Made by a program: the position numbers and the translations under genes
From: Acidobacteriota bacterium
GTDB lineage: Bacteria; Acidobacteriota; Vicinamibacteria; JAXLQT01
Reading direction: 5' to 3'
DNA: 64,000 bases
Assembly (NCBI GenBank): GCA_046331505.1
Contig: JAXLQT010000036.1
Location: 267-64,266, forward strand
The notes under the pieces: generated by a model
What the model was told of the DNA's origin: nothing
Seen by the model: only the letters and a program-made list of their open reading frames with translations
Databases searched by the model: none
Part shown: piece by piece, positions 9,401-18,347 of the stretch
Numbering within the stretch: the first letter of the stretch is position 1
How the letters are laid out: each line of letters opens with the position of its first letter

Positions 9401-9984
9401 AGCTCCTCGTCCCGCTCCTCTGCGTCGCGCTCGTCGTCGGCACGATCGTCGTCGCGCTGATGTCGCACCCACCCAATGCCTGGCAGGCCGTCGTCGGCGG
9501 CAAGGCCTACACGATCGCGGCGAACGGCGGGGTCTACGACGGCGATCGATCGATCGACGGTCAGGAGAAGATCGCCGCGCTCGCCGCGCCGCGCACCGCG
9601 CTGCCGCGCGCCGACTTCACGCACGCCTTCCCGGACGCCTCGCGGCGACCGCCGCTGCAGGTCCTGCTCAACGACGCGGTCAGCGACGACGCGAACGAGC
9701 GCCTCCGGGCCGTCATGTTCCTCGGCTTCTACCGATCGGAGCGCGCCTTCCAGGCGCTCCTCGCCGCGCTCCAGGACAAGGACATGCTGATCCGGCTGCG
9801 CGCTCTCGAGGGCCTTCGCATGCAGCAGGACACGCGGGCCATCCCGGCGATCGAGGCGCTGAAGAAGACCGAGAAGGAAGGCATGGTGCAGCTCAAGGCC
9901 GAGAACGTCATCGAGCAGATCCTCTATCCGTTCGGCCCACCCGCCGGCACCCCGACGTCCGACGAGAAGTGGGGAGGCTCCTAG
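9397..9984 (+). CDS. membrane-anchored HEAT-repeat protein
   Basis: GTG at 9397 overlaps the preceding stop (GTGA). An N-terminal TM (VKLLVPLLCVALVVGTIVVAL) is followed by HEAT-like ERLRAVMFLGFYRSERAFQALLAALQDKDMLIRLRALEGL...AIPAIEAL. Confidence 0.6.
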   Translation: MKLLVPLLCVALVVGTIVVALMSHPPNAWQAVVGGKAYTIAANGGVYDGDRSIDGQEKIAALAAPRTALPRADFTHAFPDASRRPPLQVLLNDAVSDDANERLRAVMFLGFYRSERAFQALLAALQDKDMLIRLRALEGLRMQQDTRAIPAIEALKKTEKEGMVQLKAENVIEQILYPFGPPAGTPTSDEKWGGS

Positions 9985-10147
9985 TGCCCCGTAACGGATG
10001 GATCGATAGCGCCTCGGCGCGCCCTCGACGGCGCTGGCGTCGTTGCGCCTCCTCCGAATCCAACACGGGATGCGTCGTCGGCGCGCCTCGCGAGCGCCGC
10101 CGATTGCGCGCCGATCCACCTACCGATCCATCCGTTACGGGGCACTA
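9982..10147. mobile_element. MITE-like element: 162 bp long imperfect palindrome with 22-bp perfect terminal inverted repeats flanked by TA
   Basis: TA-GTGCCCCGTAACGGATGGATCG (9984-10005) ... CGATCCATCCGTTACGGGGCAC (10124-10145)-TA. The interior arms are also partly complementary (TCGGCGCGC, CGGCGCT). The palindrome explains why plus and minus track ORFs both translate YRSIRYGALG here. Confidence 0.5.
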
Positions 10148-10154
10148 GGCGTCC

Positions 10155-10937
10155 GTGAAGCCGCGGTGGACGGACTGGCTGCTCGTCGGGGTGAGCGGCG
10201 CGTTCGTCGCCGCCGGCATCCTCATCCTCGTCACGGGAAAGGACGTGCGCGGCGCCGTCGCGACGATCGCCTTCTTCGGCACCTGCCTCGGCATCGCGAT
10301 CTGGGGCGTCCGGCAGCGGCTCGCGGGCGGGAGGAACGCCACGGCCTCGTCCGTCAGCGTCGCCGGATCGGTCCCCATCCGCATGAAGCGCGGGCGACTG
10401 GCCCTGATGGGACTCGGCCTGGTGGCGCTCTCGACCATCCTCCTCTGGGCCCACATCAACCCATCCCCGGTCTATCTCGGAGCGATCGTCCTCATGGGGA
10501 TCGCGGGGCTGGCGGTGCTGATCCTCGTGGCGGCGGGACGAGGCCGCGACGACTATCTCGTCTTCGAGCCGGGAGGCCTGCGCATCGGCCGCCCGCAGTG
10601 GCAGGTGCTCGTCCCCTGGGACTCGCTCAAGGACGTCTCGCTCGGCGAGATCCAGCGCAACCCTGTCGTCCTCATCCTCCTGGCCGATCCCGACGCCGTC
10701 GCCGCCACCGCTCTCGGCAGCGATCCCGAGCGGGCGCGCAAGGCGCTCCAGAAGCGCTTCGAGCAGGACGCCGTATGGACGGGAGCCCACCTCGCCCTGC
10801 ACCCGTTCCGCTACGGCCTCGACGCCGCCCTCCTCGCGAAGGCCCTCGCCCGCTACGCATCCGATCCCGGGAGCCGCGTGGAGCTCCGCCCCCGCCCCGC
10901 GCTGCCCGAGGTGGCAAGCCTCCCCGGAAGCTCCTAG
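10155..10937 (+). CDS. integral membrane protein, function unknown
   Basis: 260-aa ORF with four clear hydrophobic helices (LLVGVSGAFVAAGILILV, TIAFFGTCLGIAIWGV, LALMGLGLVALSTILLW, AIVLMGIAGLAVLILVAA) and then a soluble domain. Confidence 0.6.
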   Translation: MKPRWTDWLLVGVSGAFVAAGILILVTGKDVRGAVATIAFFGTCLGIAIWGVRQRLAGGRNATASSVSVAGSVPIRMKRGRLALMGLGLVALSTILLWAHINPSPVYLGAIVLMGIAGLAVLILVAAGRGRDDYLVFEPGGLRIGRPQWQVLVPWDSLKDVSLGEIQRNPVVLILLADPDAVAATALGSDPERARKALQKRFEQDAVWTGAHLALHPFRYGLDAALLAKALARYASDPGSRVELRPRPALPEVASLPGSS

Positions 10938-11012
10938 AGACAACCGGGGCGCCGATGTTTCGACAGCCGATTGCCTCGAAGAGAAGCTCGGGCCGTGGCT
11001 CGGATCGCGGAT

Positions 11013-12326
11013 TCACCCGAGCCGCGCGGCGAGGCGGGTGGCGGCGGCGCGCCAGAGGGCGACGTCGGAGCGGCGGGCGGCGATGACCTGCCAGGGCCGA
11101 TTGCCCGTGAGGGCGCAGTGGGTGGCGAGGAGGCCGCCGAAGATCACCGCGTAGGTGAGCGTGGAGACCAGCGCCGCGCCGTTGATGCCGTAGCGGGGGA
11201 TCGCGAAGAGGTTGCCCGCGAGGTTGATGCCCAGGCCGGCGAGCGCGACGAGGCTGTTGGTGAGCGGCTTGCCCCTGCCCGCGATGTCGCCGCCGAGGAC
11301 CTTGGCGCCTGCCATCACCACGATGCCGGGCAAGAGCAGCGCGAGGGCAGGGACCGCGGCCGCGTACGGGGCGCCCCAGGCCAGGGGCACGACCCAGGGC
11401 GCGAGGATCAACGCCGCGAGCGCGCCGAGGAGGGCGAGGGCGAGCGCGTTGCGCGTCACGACCGGGGTGAAGGCGTTCTTCGCCGCGCCCTGGTCGGCGG
11501 CGACGCGCGGGAAGATCGCCGTCGACGCGGCGTCGGGCACGAGCCAGAGCTGCTCGCAGATGTTGACCGCGACCGAGTAGACGCCGAGCTGCGCCTTGCC
11601 GAGGTAGAAGTCGACGAGGAACTGGTCGACGCGGTAGTTGAGGAACTGGACCGCGTTGCCGATGTTGGCGCGCACGCCGTAGCCGAGCGCCTCGCGGACG
11701 TAGGCGAGATCCGGGCGGAACGCGATGCCCGTGACGCGCGCGAGCCAGACGCTCGCGATGACGGAGGTGAGCGCGTATGCGATGGCGATGCCCGCGAGCG
11801 CCCCGCGCGTCCCCGCCCTGAAGTAGAGAAGCGACGCCGCGATCGCAGAGAGCGCGATCGCGCTCTGGAGCGAGGAGACGAGGCCCCACTCCTTGAAGCG
11901 CTGGAGGCCGCTGAAGATCGCCTGGAGGCTCGAGATCAGGAACGTGAACGGGATCGTCGCCAGCGCGAGCACGACGTCGCCTCGCGCCTCCGGGTCGAAG
12001 AAGCGCGCGAGGGCGAGCCCCGCGACCGTCGAGAGCAGCGAGACGGATACGGCGAGAAGGAGCGTGTTGCCGAGCACCACCGACGGCTCGCGGCGACCAC
12101 GCGCGAGCTGGTAGGTGGTCGCCGGTCCGACGCCCAGGCTGCACACGATGACGAGCGACGTCGCGCAGAGCATCGCGAAGGCGTAGCGTCCCTGCCCCGC
12201 CGCGCCGAGGACGCGCGCGATGACGACCGAGGTGGCAAGCCCCGACGCGAGCCCGACGATCCGCGCCGCGAGCACGAAGAGAGCGTTGCTCGTGAACCTG
12301 CCGCCGCCATCCGGGCCGTCAGGCAA
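11013..12326 (-). CDS. polysaccharide/oligosaccharide flippase (Wzx/MOP superfamily)
   Basis: Polytopic membrane protein: NALFVLAARIVGLASGLATSVVIARVLGAAGQGRYAF...VYSVAVNICEQLW...YGINGAALVSTLTY. The proposed TTG start at 12326 overlaps the upstream stop by 8 nt. The start is uncertain. Confidence 0.7.
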   Translation of the reverse strand: MPDGPDGGGRFTSNALFVLAARIVGLASGLATSVVIARVLGAAGQGRYAFAMLCATSLVIVCSLGVGPATTYQLARGRREPSVVLGNTLLLAVSVSLLSTVAGLALARFFDPEARGDVVLALATIPFTFLISSLQAIFSGLQRFKEWGLVSSLQSAIALSAIAASLLYFRAGTRGALAGIAIAYALTSVIASVWLARVTGIAFRPDLAYVREALGYGVRANIGNAVQFLNYRVDQFLVDFYLGKAQLGVYSVAVNICEQLWLVPDAASTAIFPRVAADQGAAKNAFTPVVTRNALALALLGALAALILAPWVVPLAWGAPYAAAVPALALLLPGIVVMAGAKVLGGDIAGRGKPLTNSLVALAGLGINLAGNLFAIPRYGINGAALVSTLTYAVIFGGLLATHCALTGNRPWQVIAARRSDVALWRAAATRLAARLG

Positions 12327-13857
12327 AGTACCTCCCCCGTTCCTGCACGAGGTGCCACGCGGCGCGCGTCGCGAGCCCCATGATCGTGATCTGCGGGTTG
12401 ACCGCGACCGACGTCGGGACGGTCGACGCGTCGACGACGAAGAGGTTCCTGACGTCGTGGGTCTCGTTCCAGGGTCCGACGACGCTCCTCTTCGGCTCCT
12501 TCCCCATGCGGCACGTCCCGAGGGGATGCTGGGCGGACGATTCGATCTCGCGCCCCGAGATCGCCTCGGGCGTGATGCGGTCGAGGTCGGCCGGCGTCTC
12601 GGCGACGGGATGGAGATGGAACGGGAGGTAGAGCCGCTTCGCACCGGCCTCGAAGTAGATCTGGCCGAGGAGCTTCACGCCGCGGACGAGCTTCCCCTTG
12701 TCCACGGGGAGCATGCGGTAGGTCATCACGGGCCACGGGCCCACGCGGCGCACCTGGCCGGTCGAGACGTCGGAGATCATCGTCCCGTACGCCGAGATGT
12801 TCCGCGCGCGCTCCATGATGGCGGCGTTGTCGCGGCCGAATCCGGGCAGCGTGGCGGCGAGCACGCCGATGGACGGGTAGATGTTGATGAGCTTGATCGC
12901 CTCGGCGTAGAAGTGATCGACGACGTAGCTCTGGAAGGAGCCGCGCCAGGGATCGACGGCATCGGCGAACTCTCCCCAGACGCGCGCGGCCGGGTGGACG
13001 GTCAGGTTCCTCCCCACCTGGCCCGACGACAGCGCGACGCCGCTTCCCTGGAGGATGAGCGGCGAGTGCACGGCGCCGGCCGCGAGGATCACGACCTTGC
13101 CGCGCGCGATCAGCTTGTGGCGGCGATGGCCGGCGACGGGGTCGACGACGTGCGCGCGCACGCCCTCGGCGCGCCCACCCGACACGAGGATGCGATCGAC
13201 CTTCGCGTCGGCGTAGACGCGCGCCCCGAGCCGCACTGCCTCGGCGAGGTAGGTGACCAGGACGTTGCGCTTCGCATCGTGGGGGCAGCCGAAGATGCAG
13301 CGGCAGCAGCCATCGCAGCCCTCGACGTTGCGATCGATCGTGTGGCCGCCGTAGCCCAGGCGGTCGGCCGCCGCCCGGAAGCGCCTCACGCCTTCGTTGT
13401 GCAACTCCTCGCGCACGCGCTGCACCGAGAGCATCGCCTCGACCCGGGAGAAGGCGCGGTCCATCTCGTCGTGCGTGATCTCCTCGATGCCATGGTCGCG
13501 CCGCCACGCGTCGATGACGTAGGGTGGAGTGCGGAAGCAGACGCCTCCGTTGATGACCGAGCTGCCGCCCACGCACTTGCCGACGAGGAGGTAGATGTTG
13601 GGCGTGTCGCCCTGACCCATCACCATCGCCGCCCCGTAGTCGCGGTAGAGATAGCGCAGCGACTCGCTCGGCGTGAAGCGCCCGTACTGCTCGCGCGTGT
13701 AGTGGCTGCCCTCCTCGAGGACGACGCACGAGAGTCCGGCCGACTGGAGCTCGTACGCGAGCACGGCGCCGGCGCATCCGCTCCCCACGATGACGGCGTC
13801 GGCCTGCTCGAGGACGTCGCGATCGACCCGGTCCCCCGGCGTGATCGAGCCGCTCAT
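12319..13857 (-). CDS. GMC-family FAD-dependent oxidoreductase
   Basis: ATG at 13857 (MSGSITPGD..). It has the FAD fold DAVIVGSGCAGAVLAYELQSAG and the GMC C-terminus AQHPLGTCRMG...NLFVVDASTVPTSVAVNPQITIMGLA. An ATGA overlap joins it to the upstream gene. Confidence 0.85.
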   Translation of the reverse strand: MSGSITPGDRVDRDVLEQADAVIVGSGCAGAVLAYELQSAGLSCVVLEEGSHYTREQYGRFTPSESLRYLYRDYGAAMVMGQGDTPNIYLLVGKCVGGSSVINGGVCFRTPPYVIDAWRRDHGIEEITHDEMDRAFSRVEAMLSVQRVREELHNEGVRRFRAAADRLGYGGHTIDRNVEGCDGCCRCIFGCPHDAKRNVLVTYLAEAVRLGARVYADAKVDRILVSGGRAEGVRAHVVDPVAGHRRHKLIARGKVVILAAGAVHSPLILQGSGVALSSGQVGRNLTVHPAARVWGEFADAVDPWRGSFQSYVVDHFYAEAIKLINIYPSIGVLAATLPGFGRDNAAIMERARNISAYGTMISDVSTGQVRRVGPWPVMTYRMLPVDKGKLVRGVKLLGQIYFEAGAKRLYLPFHLHPVAETPADLDRITPEAISGREIESSAQHPLGTCRMGKEPKRSVVGPWNETHDVRNLFVVDASTVPTSVAVNPQITIMGLATRAAWHLVQERGRYFA

Positions 13858-14837
13858 CGCTCCATGACCCGCGGCGTGTCGGGAAAGGCGGGCGGCCGCG
13901 CCTCCTGCCGGCAGTGATAGTCGGCGCCGATCGTCGCCAGCACCTCGGGGCGCTCGTAATGGAGGACCGAGAGCAACGTCTTCGGGACGATCAGCACCAT
14001 GCGCAGGAGGTCCTTCGGGTGGTGCTCGAGCGCGCGGAGGTAGGCGTCCTTGCCCGCATCTTCGAGATCGACGAAGCGCGAGGGAACGCGCGTCACGAAG
14101 GGCGGCAGCCACTGGGCGCCGAAAAGGACGAGCCGGAACCCGGCGCGGTTCGGGAACGTCATGCTGCCGATGTAGCGGGAGAGCTGGCGCGCGAGCGCGC
14201 TCGCGTCGCGGTCGCCCGGGAGGAGCCGCATCGCGAGCGCAGCGACGATCGCCTCTTCCGCGCGGTTCAGGTAGCGAGGCTCGGTCCGGCGCCACGCGCG
14301 CCATCGCGGGACGTAGGCGAGGGCGACGCCGGCGAGCCACATGACGATGAGAGCGCCTCCCGTGCCCGACACGCGCGCGAGCGGGAGGTGATCGGGGAGG
14401 CGCACGGCGGTTCCCGCGCGCCATGCTTCCAGGCTTCCGACCCTGATGTAGCGCTCCCATAGCCCGCCGACCACCATCACCTGGGCCGCGAGCGCGCCGA
14501 GGAGGCAAGCCGCCGCGAGGGACCTCGCGCGCTGCCGGGCCTCGAGCGCGAGCGCGAAGCCCGCGACGTACGGCAGCGCATAGAGGAGGATCCCCATGTA
14601 GGCGAGGCCCGCCGTGCCCACGGACGGGCCGGGCACGAAGTACATGAACATCCACTCCGGCTCGAGCGCATAGGACGCCACGGCCGTCCCGAAGAAGAGC
14701 GCGGTCATCACGAGGCCGTGCCCGAACGGCCAGACCCTGAAGAACGGCGCGCCCTCGCGGCGGTCCACGGCGAAGAGGGACGTGACGACCCCGAGAGCGA
14801 AGACGGCAGGTGCATCAATGATGAATGTGGCGGCCAC
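13854..14837 (-). CDS. membrane protein translationally coupled to the GMC oxidoreductase (possible small-subunit/anchor)
   Basis: 327-aa ORF. The N-terminal half has about 5 TM helices, followed by a soluble C-terminal domain (LNRAEEAIVAALAMRLLPGD...). The stop overlaps the GMC start. Confidence 0.55.
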   Translation of the reverse strand: MAATFIIDAPAVFALGVVTSLFAVDRREGAPFFRVWPFGHGLVMTALFFGTAVASYALEPEWMFMYFVPGPSVGTAGLAYMGILLYALPYVAGFALALEARQRARSLAAACLLGALAAQVMVVGGLWERYIRVGSLEAWRAGTAVRLPDHLPLARVSGTGGALIVMWLAGVALAYVPRWRAWRRTEPRYLNRAEEAIVAALAMRLLPGDRDASALARQLSRYIGSMTFPNRAGFRLVLFGAQWLPPFVTRVPSRFVDLEDAGKDAYLRALEHHPKDLLRMVLIVPKTLLSVLHYERPEVLATIGADYHCRQEARPPAFPDTPRVMER

Positions 14838-14895
14838 CCCCTCTCGCGGAGCGCCAAGTTACCACGCGCGGGCGATCGCCACATCGATGCCAGCG

Positions 14896-16116
14896 CTACG
14901 GCGCCGGCGTGCGCTTCTCCTGGAAGTCCCGGTACTCCTGCTCCATCCTGCGGAACTCGCGCTCCCGCCTTGCTCGCGAGGCCGCGTCCTCCGGCTTCGG
15001 CGGCAACGGGCGGCGATCGGTCGGCGCGGGTCCCGGGACCTCGACGAGGGTCGGCGTCGCCGGAGTCGGGGCGGCCGACTTCGCCACGGGCGGAGCGAAG
15101 AGCCCGCGCGCGCCGCGGTAGATCGAGGAGATCCCCCAGCCGAGCGCGAGCGCCGCGGGCAGGACGATGGCGGCGACCACGAGCGGGACACGCAGGCCGC
15201 TGCGCGCGACGGGCTTCTCGAGGGTGAGCGTGCTCGCGTCCTCCGTGCGCTCGCCGAGGAGGGCCGCGATCACTTCGGTGGCGCTTCGCGGTCGGTCCGA
15301 AGCGCGTTTCGCGAGGAGCCTCGCGATCGTCGCCGCCAGCACCGGCGGCGTCTCCGGCACGGCATCCCGAATCGGCACGGGCTCGTCGTGGAGGAGGCGC
15401 GCGCAGGTCTCCGCGACGTCCTTGCCCTGGAACGGATGGCGGCCCGAGAGGAGCTGGTAGAGCACGATGCCGAGCGAGAAGAGATCGGCGCGGCCGTCGA
15501 GCGGCGCGTTGCCGACGAGCTGCTCGGGGGCGAGGTAGGTCGGCGTACCGACGACCGTGCCCTCGCGCGTGATCTGATCGCCCGCGGTGCGCGCGATGCC
15601 GATGTCCGTGAGCTTCACCGTTCCGTCCACCGCCAGCAGGATGTTGGAGGGCTTCACGTCGCGGTGGACGATCCCGCGCGCGTGTGCGGCCTCGAGGGCG
15701 CGCGCGAGGCCGAGGGCGATCTCCTGGACCTGCTCTGGAGGGAGCTTCCCTGCGCCCTTCTGGAGCGACTGGAGATCGATGCCCTCCACGCGCTCCATCA
15801 CCAGGAACATCGTGCCGGTCGGCTCGTCCTCGCCGGCGTCGTACATCGCCACGACGTTCGGGTGGCTACACGCGCCGAGGAGCTTGCACTCGCGACGGAA
15901 GCGGTCGAGCATCTCCTCGGCATCCTTCTTCCCGCCGAGAAGGCCCCTCTGGACCGTCTTCAGGACGACGTCGCGATGGATGAGCGGATCGTGGGCCGCG
16001 TAGACATCCCCCATCGCGCCTCCGCCGAGCTTCTCCTGGATCTCGTAGCGACCGAGGATCTTCGGCACCGCGGGACGGGCCAGCTCCGTGCGATCGGGAT
16101 CGTCCTTCATCGCCAT
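14896..16116 (-). CDS. Hanks-type Ser/Thr protein kinase with C-terminal TM segment
   Basis: Kinase motifs: GGGAMGDVY, VVLK, HRDVKPSNILL, DIGIA, GTPTYLAPE. A TM segment (LRVPLVVAAIVLPAALALGWGI) follows the kinase domain. Confidence 0.9.
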   Translation of the reverse strand: MAMKDDPDRTELARPAVPKILGRYEIQEKLGGGAMGDVYAAHDPLIHRDVVLKTVQRGLLGGKKDAEEMLDRFRRECKLLGACSHPNVVAMYDAGEDEPTGTMFLVMERVEGIDLQSLQKGAGKLPPEQVQEIALGLARALEAAHARGIVHRDVKPSNILLAVDGTVKLTDIGIARTAGDQITREGTVVGTPTYLAPEQLVGNAPLDGRADLFSLGIVLYQLLSGRHPFQGKDVAETCARLLHDEPVPIRDAVPETPPVLAATIARLLAKRASDRPRSATEVIAALLGERTEDASTLTLEKPVARSGLRVPLVVAAIVLPAALALGWGISSIYRGARGLFAPPVAKSAAPTPATPTLVEVPGPAPTDRRPLPPKPEDAASRARREREFRRMEQEYRDFQEKRTPAP

Positions 16117-16163
16117 CGCCGTAGGGGTGATGGGTAAGCATAGCGCTGCTACACTCGCGCGCG

Positions 16164-18347
16164 ATGGCCGCCAGGATCGAGATCTGGAGAGACCGCGCCG
16201 GCGTCCCGCTCATCAAGGGCCAGACGGAGAAGGACGTCTTCCACGGCCTCGGCATGGCGCACGCGCGGGACCGGTGGCTCCAGATGCAGTCCGTCCGCAT
16301 CGTCGGCGAGGGGCGCTCCGCCGAGCTGCTCGCCGATCACCCGCTCCTGTTCGACTACGACGTCAAGGTCCGCGGGGCTCGCCTGGCCGCGGACTCGAAG
16401 GAGCAGGCCTCCCTCATCGAGCCCCCTCTGGCATCGCTCCTGGACGCCTACGTCGAGGGCGTGAACGCGGTCGCCTTCACCGAGAAGAGAGGAAAGAAGA
16501 CGCTCGAGATGCGCCTTGTGGGGCTCGACGCCGAGCGCTGGGAGCCCTGGCATTGCCTGCTCGTCCTGAAGGTGATGACCTTCATAGGGCTCGCGGAGAT
16601 CCAGGAGGACGCCGAGCGCTTCGTCATCGACGCCGTGCGGCGTGGCGTCGATCCCGAGCTCCTGAAGGAGATGTTCGATCCCTACCTCGACGGGATGGAC
16701 GCCGAGCTCGTCAGGAGCGTCGGCCACGCTCAGGGGCTCACCGAGCGCTCGCCGCTCGCGCAATCGCTCGCGGCGGTGGGATCGAACGTCTTCGCCGTCG
16801 GAGGCGCGCGTTCCGTCTCCGGAAAGGCGCTCCTGGGCAACGACCCGCACCTGATGGTGAACCGGCTCCCCGCGATCTGGATGGAGGCGATGACCGAGTG
16901 CGGGGGCTTCCGCGTCCAGGGATCGACCATCCCGGGAGGGCCGGGGTTCATCTCGGCGCGGTCGAACGACATCGCCTGGGGCGTCACCTACTCGATGGCC
17001 GACGTGATCGACTTCTGGGTCGAGGAGGTCAAGGACGGCCGGGTCCGGCGCGGCGACGGATGGGTCCCCCTCGCCACGCGGCGCGAGCGGATCGGGCGGC
17101 GCGGCAAGGGAGCGGCCGACGTCGAGATCCGCGAGACCTCGCACGGGATCCTCGAAGGAAGCGGTGACGGGCGCCATCTCTGCTTCGGATGGTCGGGGAG
17201 CAAGGCGACCGGCGCCGCGACGTTCGGGGCGCTCTACCACCTCGCCCACGCCCACTCGGTCGAGGAGGCGATGCCGATCATCCGGACGACCGACATCCCT
17301 CCGCTCAACTGGATCGTCGCGGATCGCTGGGGCAACATCGGCTATCAGCTCGGCGGCCGCTACCCGGTGCGCCGTCCTGGATGGAGCGGCCTTTATCCCA
17401 TCGCCGGATGGGAGAGCGACAGCGGGTGGAGCGGGTTCCGCGATCCCGAGGGGTTGCCGCGCGTCGTGAACCCGCCGAGCGGGATCCTGGTCAGCGCCAA
17501 CGACAACCGGAACGACGCGGGCCAGCCGCCGATCATCTCGGTTCCGCACCCCGACTGCCGTGCCAAGCGCATCGAGAAGATCCTCTCGACGCCCAAGGCG
17601 CACCTCGACATCCTGAAGACGGCGCAGCTCGACCTCAAGAGCCTGCAGGCGGAGCGGCTGATGCCGCGCCTCATGCCCCACCTGCCCGACGGCAAGGAGA
17701 AGGAAGCCCTCGCGAAGTGGGACTTCCGCTACACGCCGGAGTCGCGCGAGGCGACGCTGTTCGAGAACCTGTGGCGCGAGATTGTCCTCACGGTCTATGG
17801 CGACGCGGCCGGCGCGGGCGCCGGCGGGTTCACGCGGGCCTGGCTCTCCCACATCTTCGACGAGACCAGCCTGCCCGTCTTCATGTTCGGGCAGCTCGAC
17901 GAGGCGCTCTATCGCGGCGACTCGCGCTGGCTCCCGCGCGACAGGCGGGACGCCGTGTTGCGCGCCGCCGCCGCGCGGGCCTTCACCCATCCGTGGCATC
18001 CCTGGGGCGAGGTGCAGCGTTTCCAGATGGGGCACATCTTCCTCGGCGGGCGCCTGCCCGGCGTCCTTGGCTTCGACAAGGGTCCGCTCCCGGTGTCGGG
18101 TGGGCGCGCCACGCCGCGCCAGGGATCGCTCTTCAAGTCGCGCGGGCGGCCCGTCTTCGTCGCCCCGTCGTACCGCACGCTGATGGAGGTCGGCGACGAG
18201 ATGGTGGCCGAGACGTGCTTGCCTGGAGGTCCGTCCGAGAGCCGCCTCTCCGGCCGCTACGCCTCCGAGGTGCGGGCATGGCTTCAGGGAAGCTACAAGC
18301 GCCTCACGCCGTCCGCGGCCACGAAGCTCGAGCTCTCGATCTCGTGA
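16164..18347 (+). CDS. penicillin/AHL acylase family Ntn-hydrolase
   Basis: 727 aa. GVPLIKGQTEKDVFHGLGMAHARDRWLQM is typical of the alpha chain, and GSNVFAV is the likely autoprocessing Ser. No obvious signal peptide. Confidence 0.85.
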   Translation: MAARIEIWRDRAGVPLIKGQTEKDVFHGLGMAHARDRWLQMQSVRIVGEGRSAELLADHPLLFDYDVKVRGARLAADSKEQASLIEPPLASLLDAYVEGVNAVAFTEKRGKKTLEMRLVGLDAERWEPWHCLLVLKVMTFIGLAEIQEDAERFVIDAVRRGVDPELLKEMFDPYLDGMDAELVRSVGHAQGLTERSPLAQSLAAVGSNVFAVGGARSVSGKALLGNDPHLMVNRLPAIWMEAMTECGGFRVQGSTIPGGPGFISARSNDIAWGVTYSMADVIDFWVEEVKDGRVRRGDGWVPLATRRERIGRRGKGAADVEIRETSHGILEGSGDGRHLCFGWSGSKATGAATFGALYHLAHAHSVEEAMPIIRTTDIPPLNWIVADRWGNIGYQLGGRYPVRRPGWSGLYPIAGWESDSGWSGFRDPEGLPRVVNPPSGILVSANDNRNDAGQPPIISVPHPDCRAKRIEKILSTPKAHLDILKTAQLDLKSLQAERLMPRLMPHLPDGKEKEALAKWDFRYTPESREATLFENLWREIVLTVYGDAAGAGAGGFTRAWLSHIFDETSLPVFMFGQLDEALYRGDSRWLPRDRRDAVLRAAAARAFTHPWHPWGEVQRFQMGHIFLGGRLPGVLGFDKGPLPVSGGRATPRQGSLFKSRGRPVFVAPSYRTLMEVGDEMVAETCLPGGPSESRLSGRYASEVRAWLQGSYKRLTPSAATKLELSIS

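Noticed and set aside
9981-11086. Track ORFs 9981..10943 (-), 9241..10119 (-) and 10043..11086 (+) crossing the palindromic element.
   Set aside because: Both strands translate the same YRSIRYGALG because of the inverted repeat. The remainder is Arg/Gly/Asp junk and conflicts with the clearly membrane-protein-like ORF 10155..10937.
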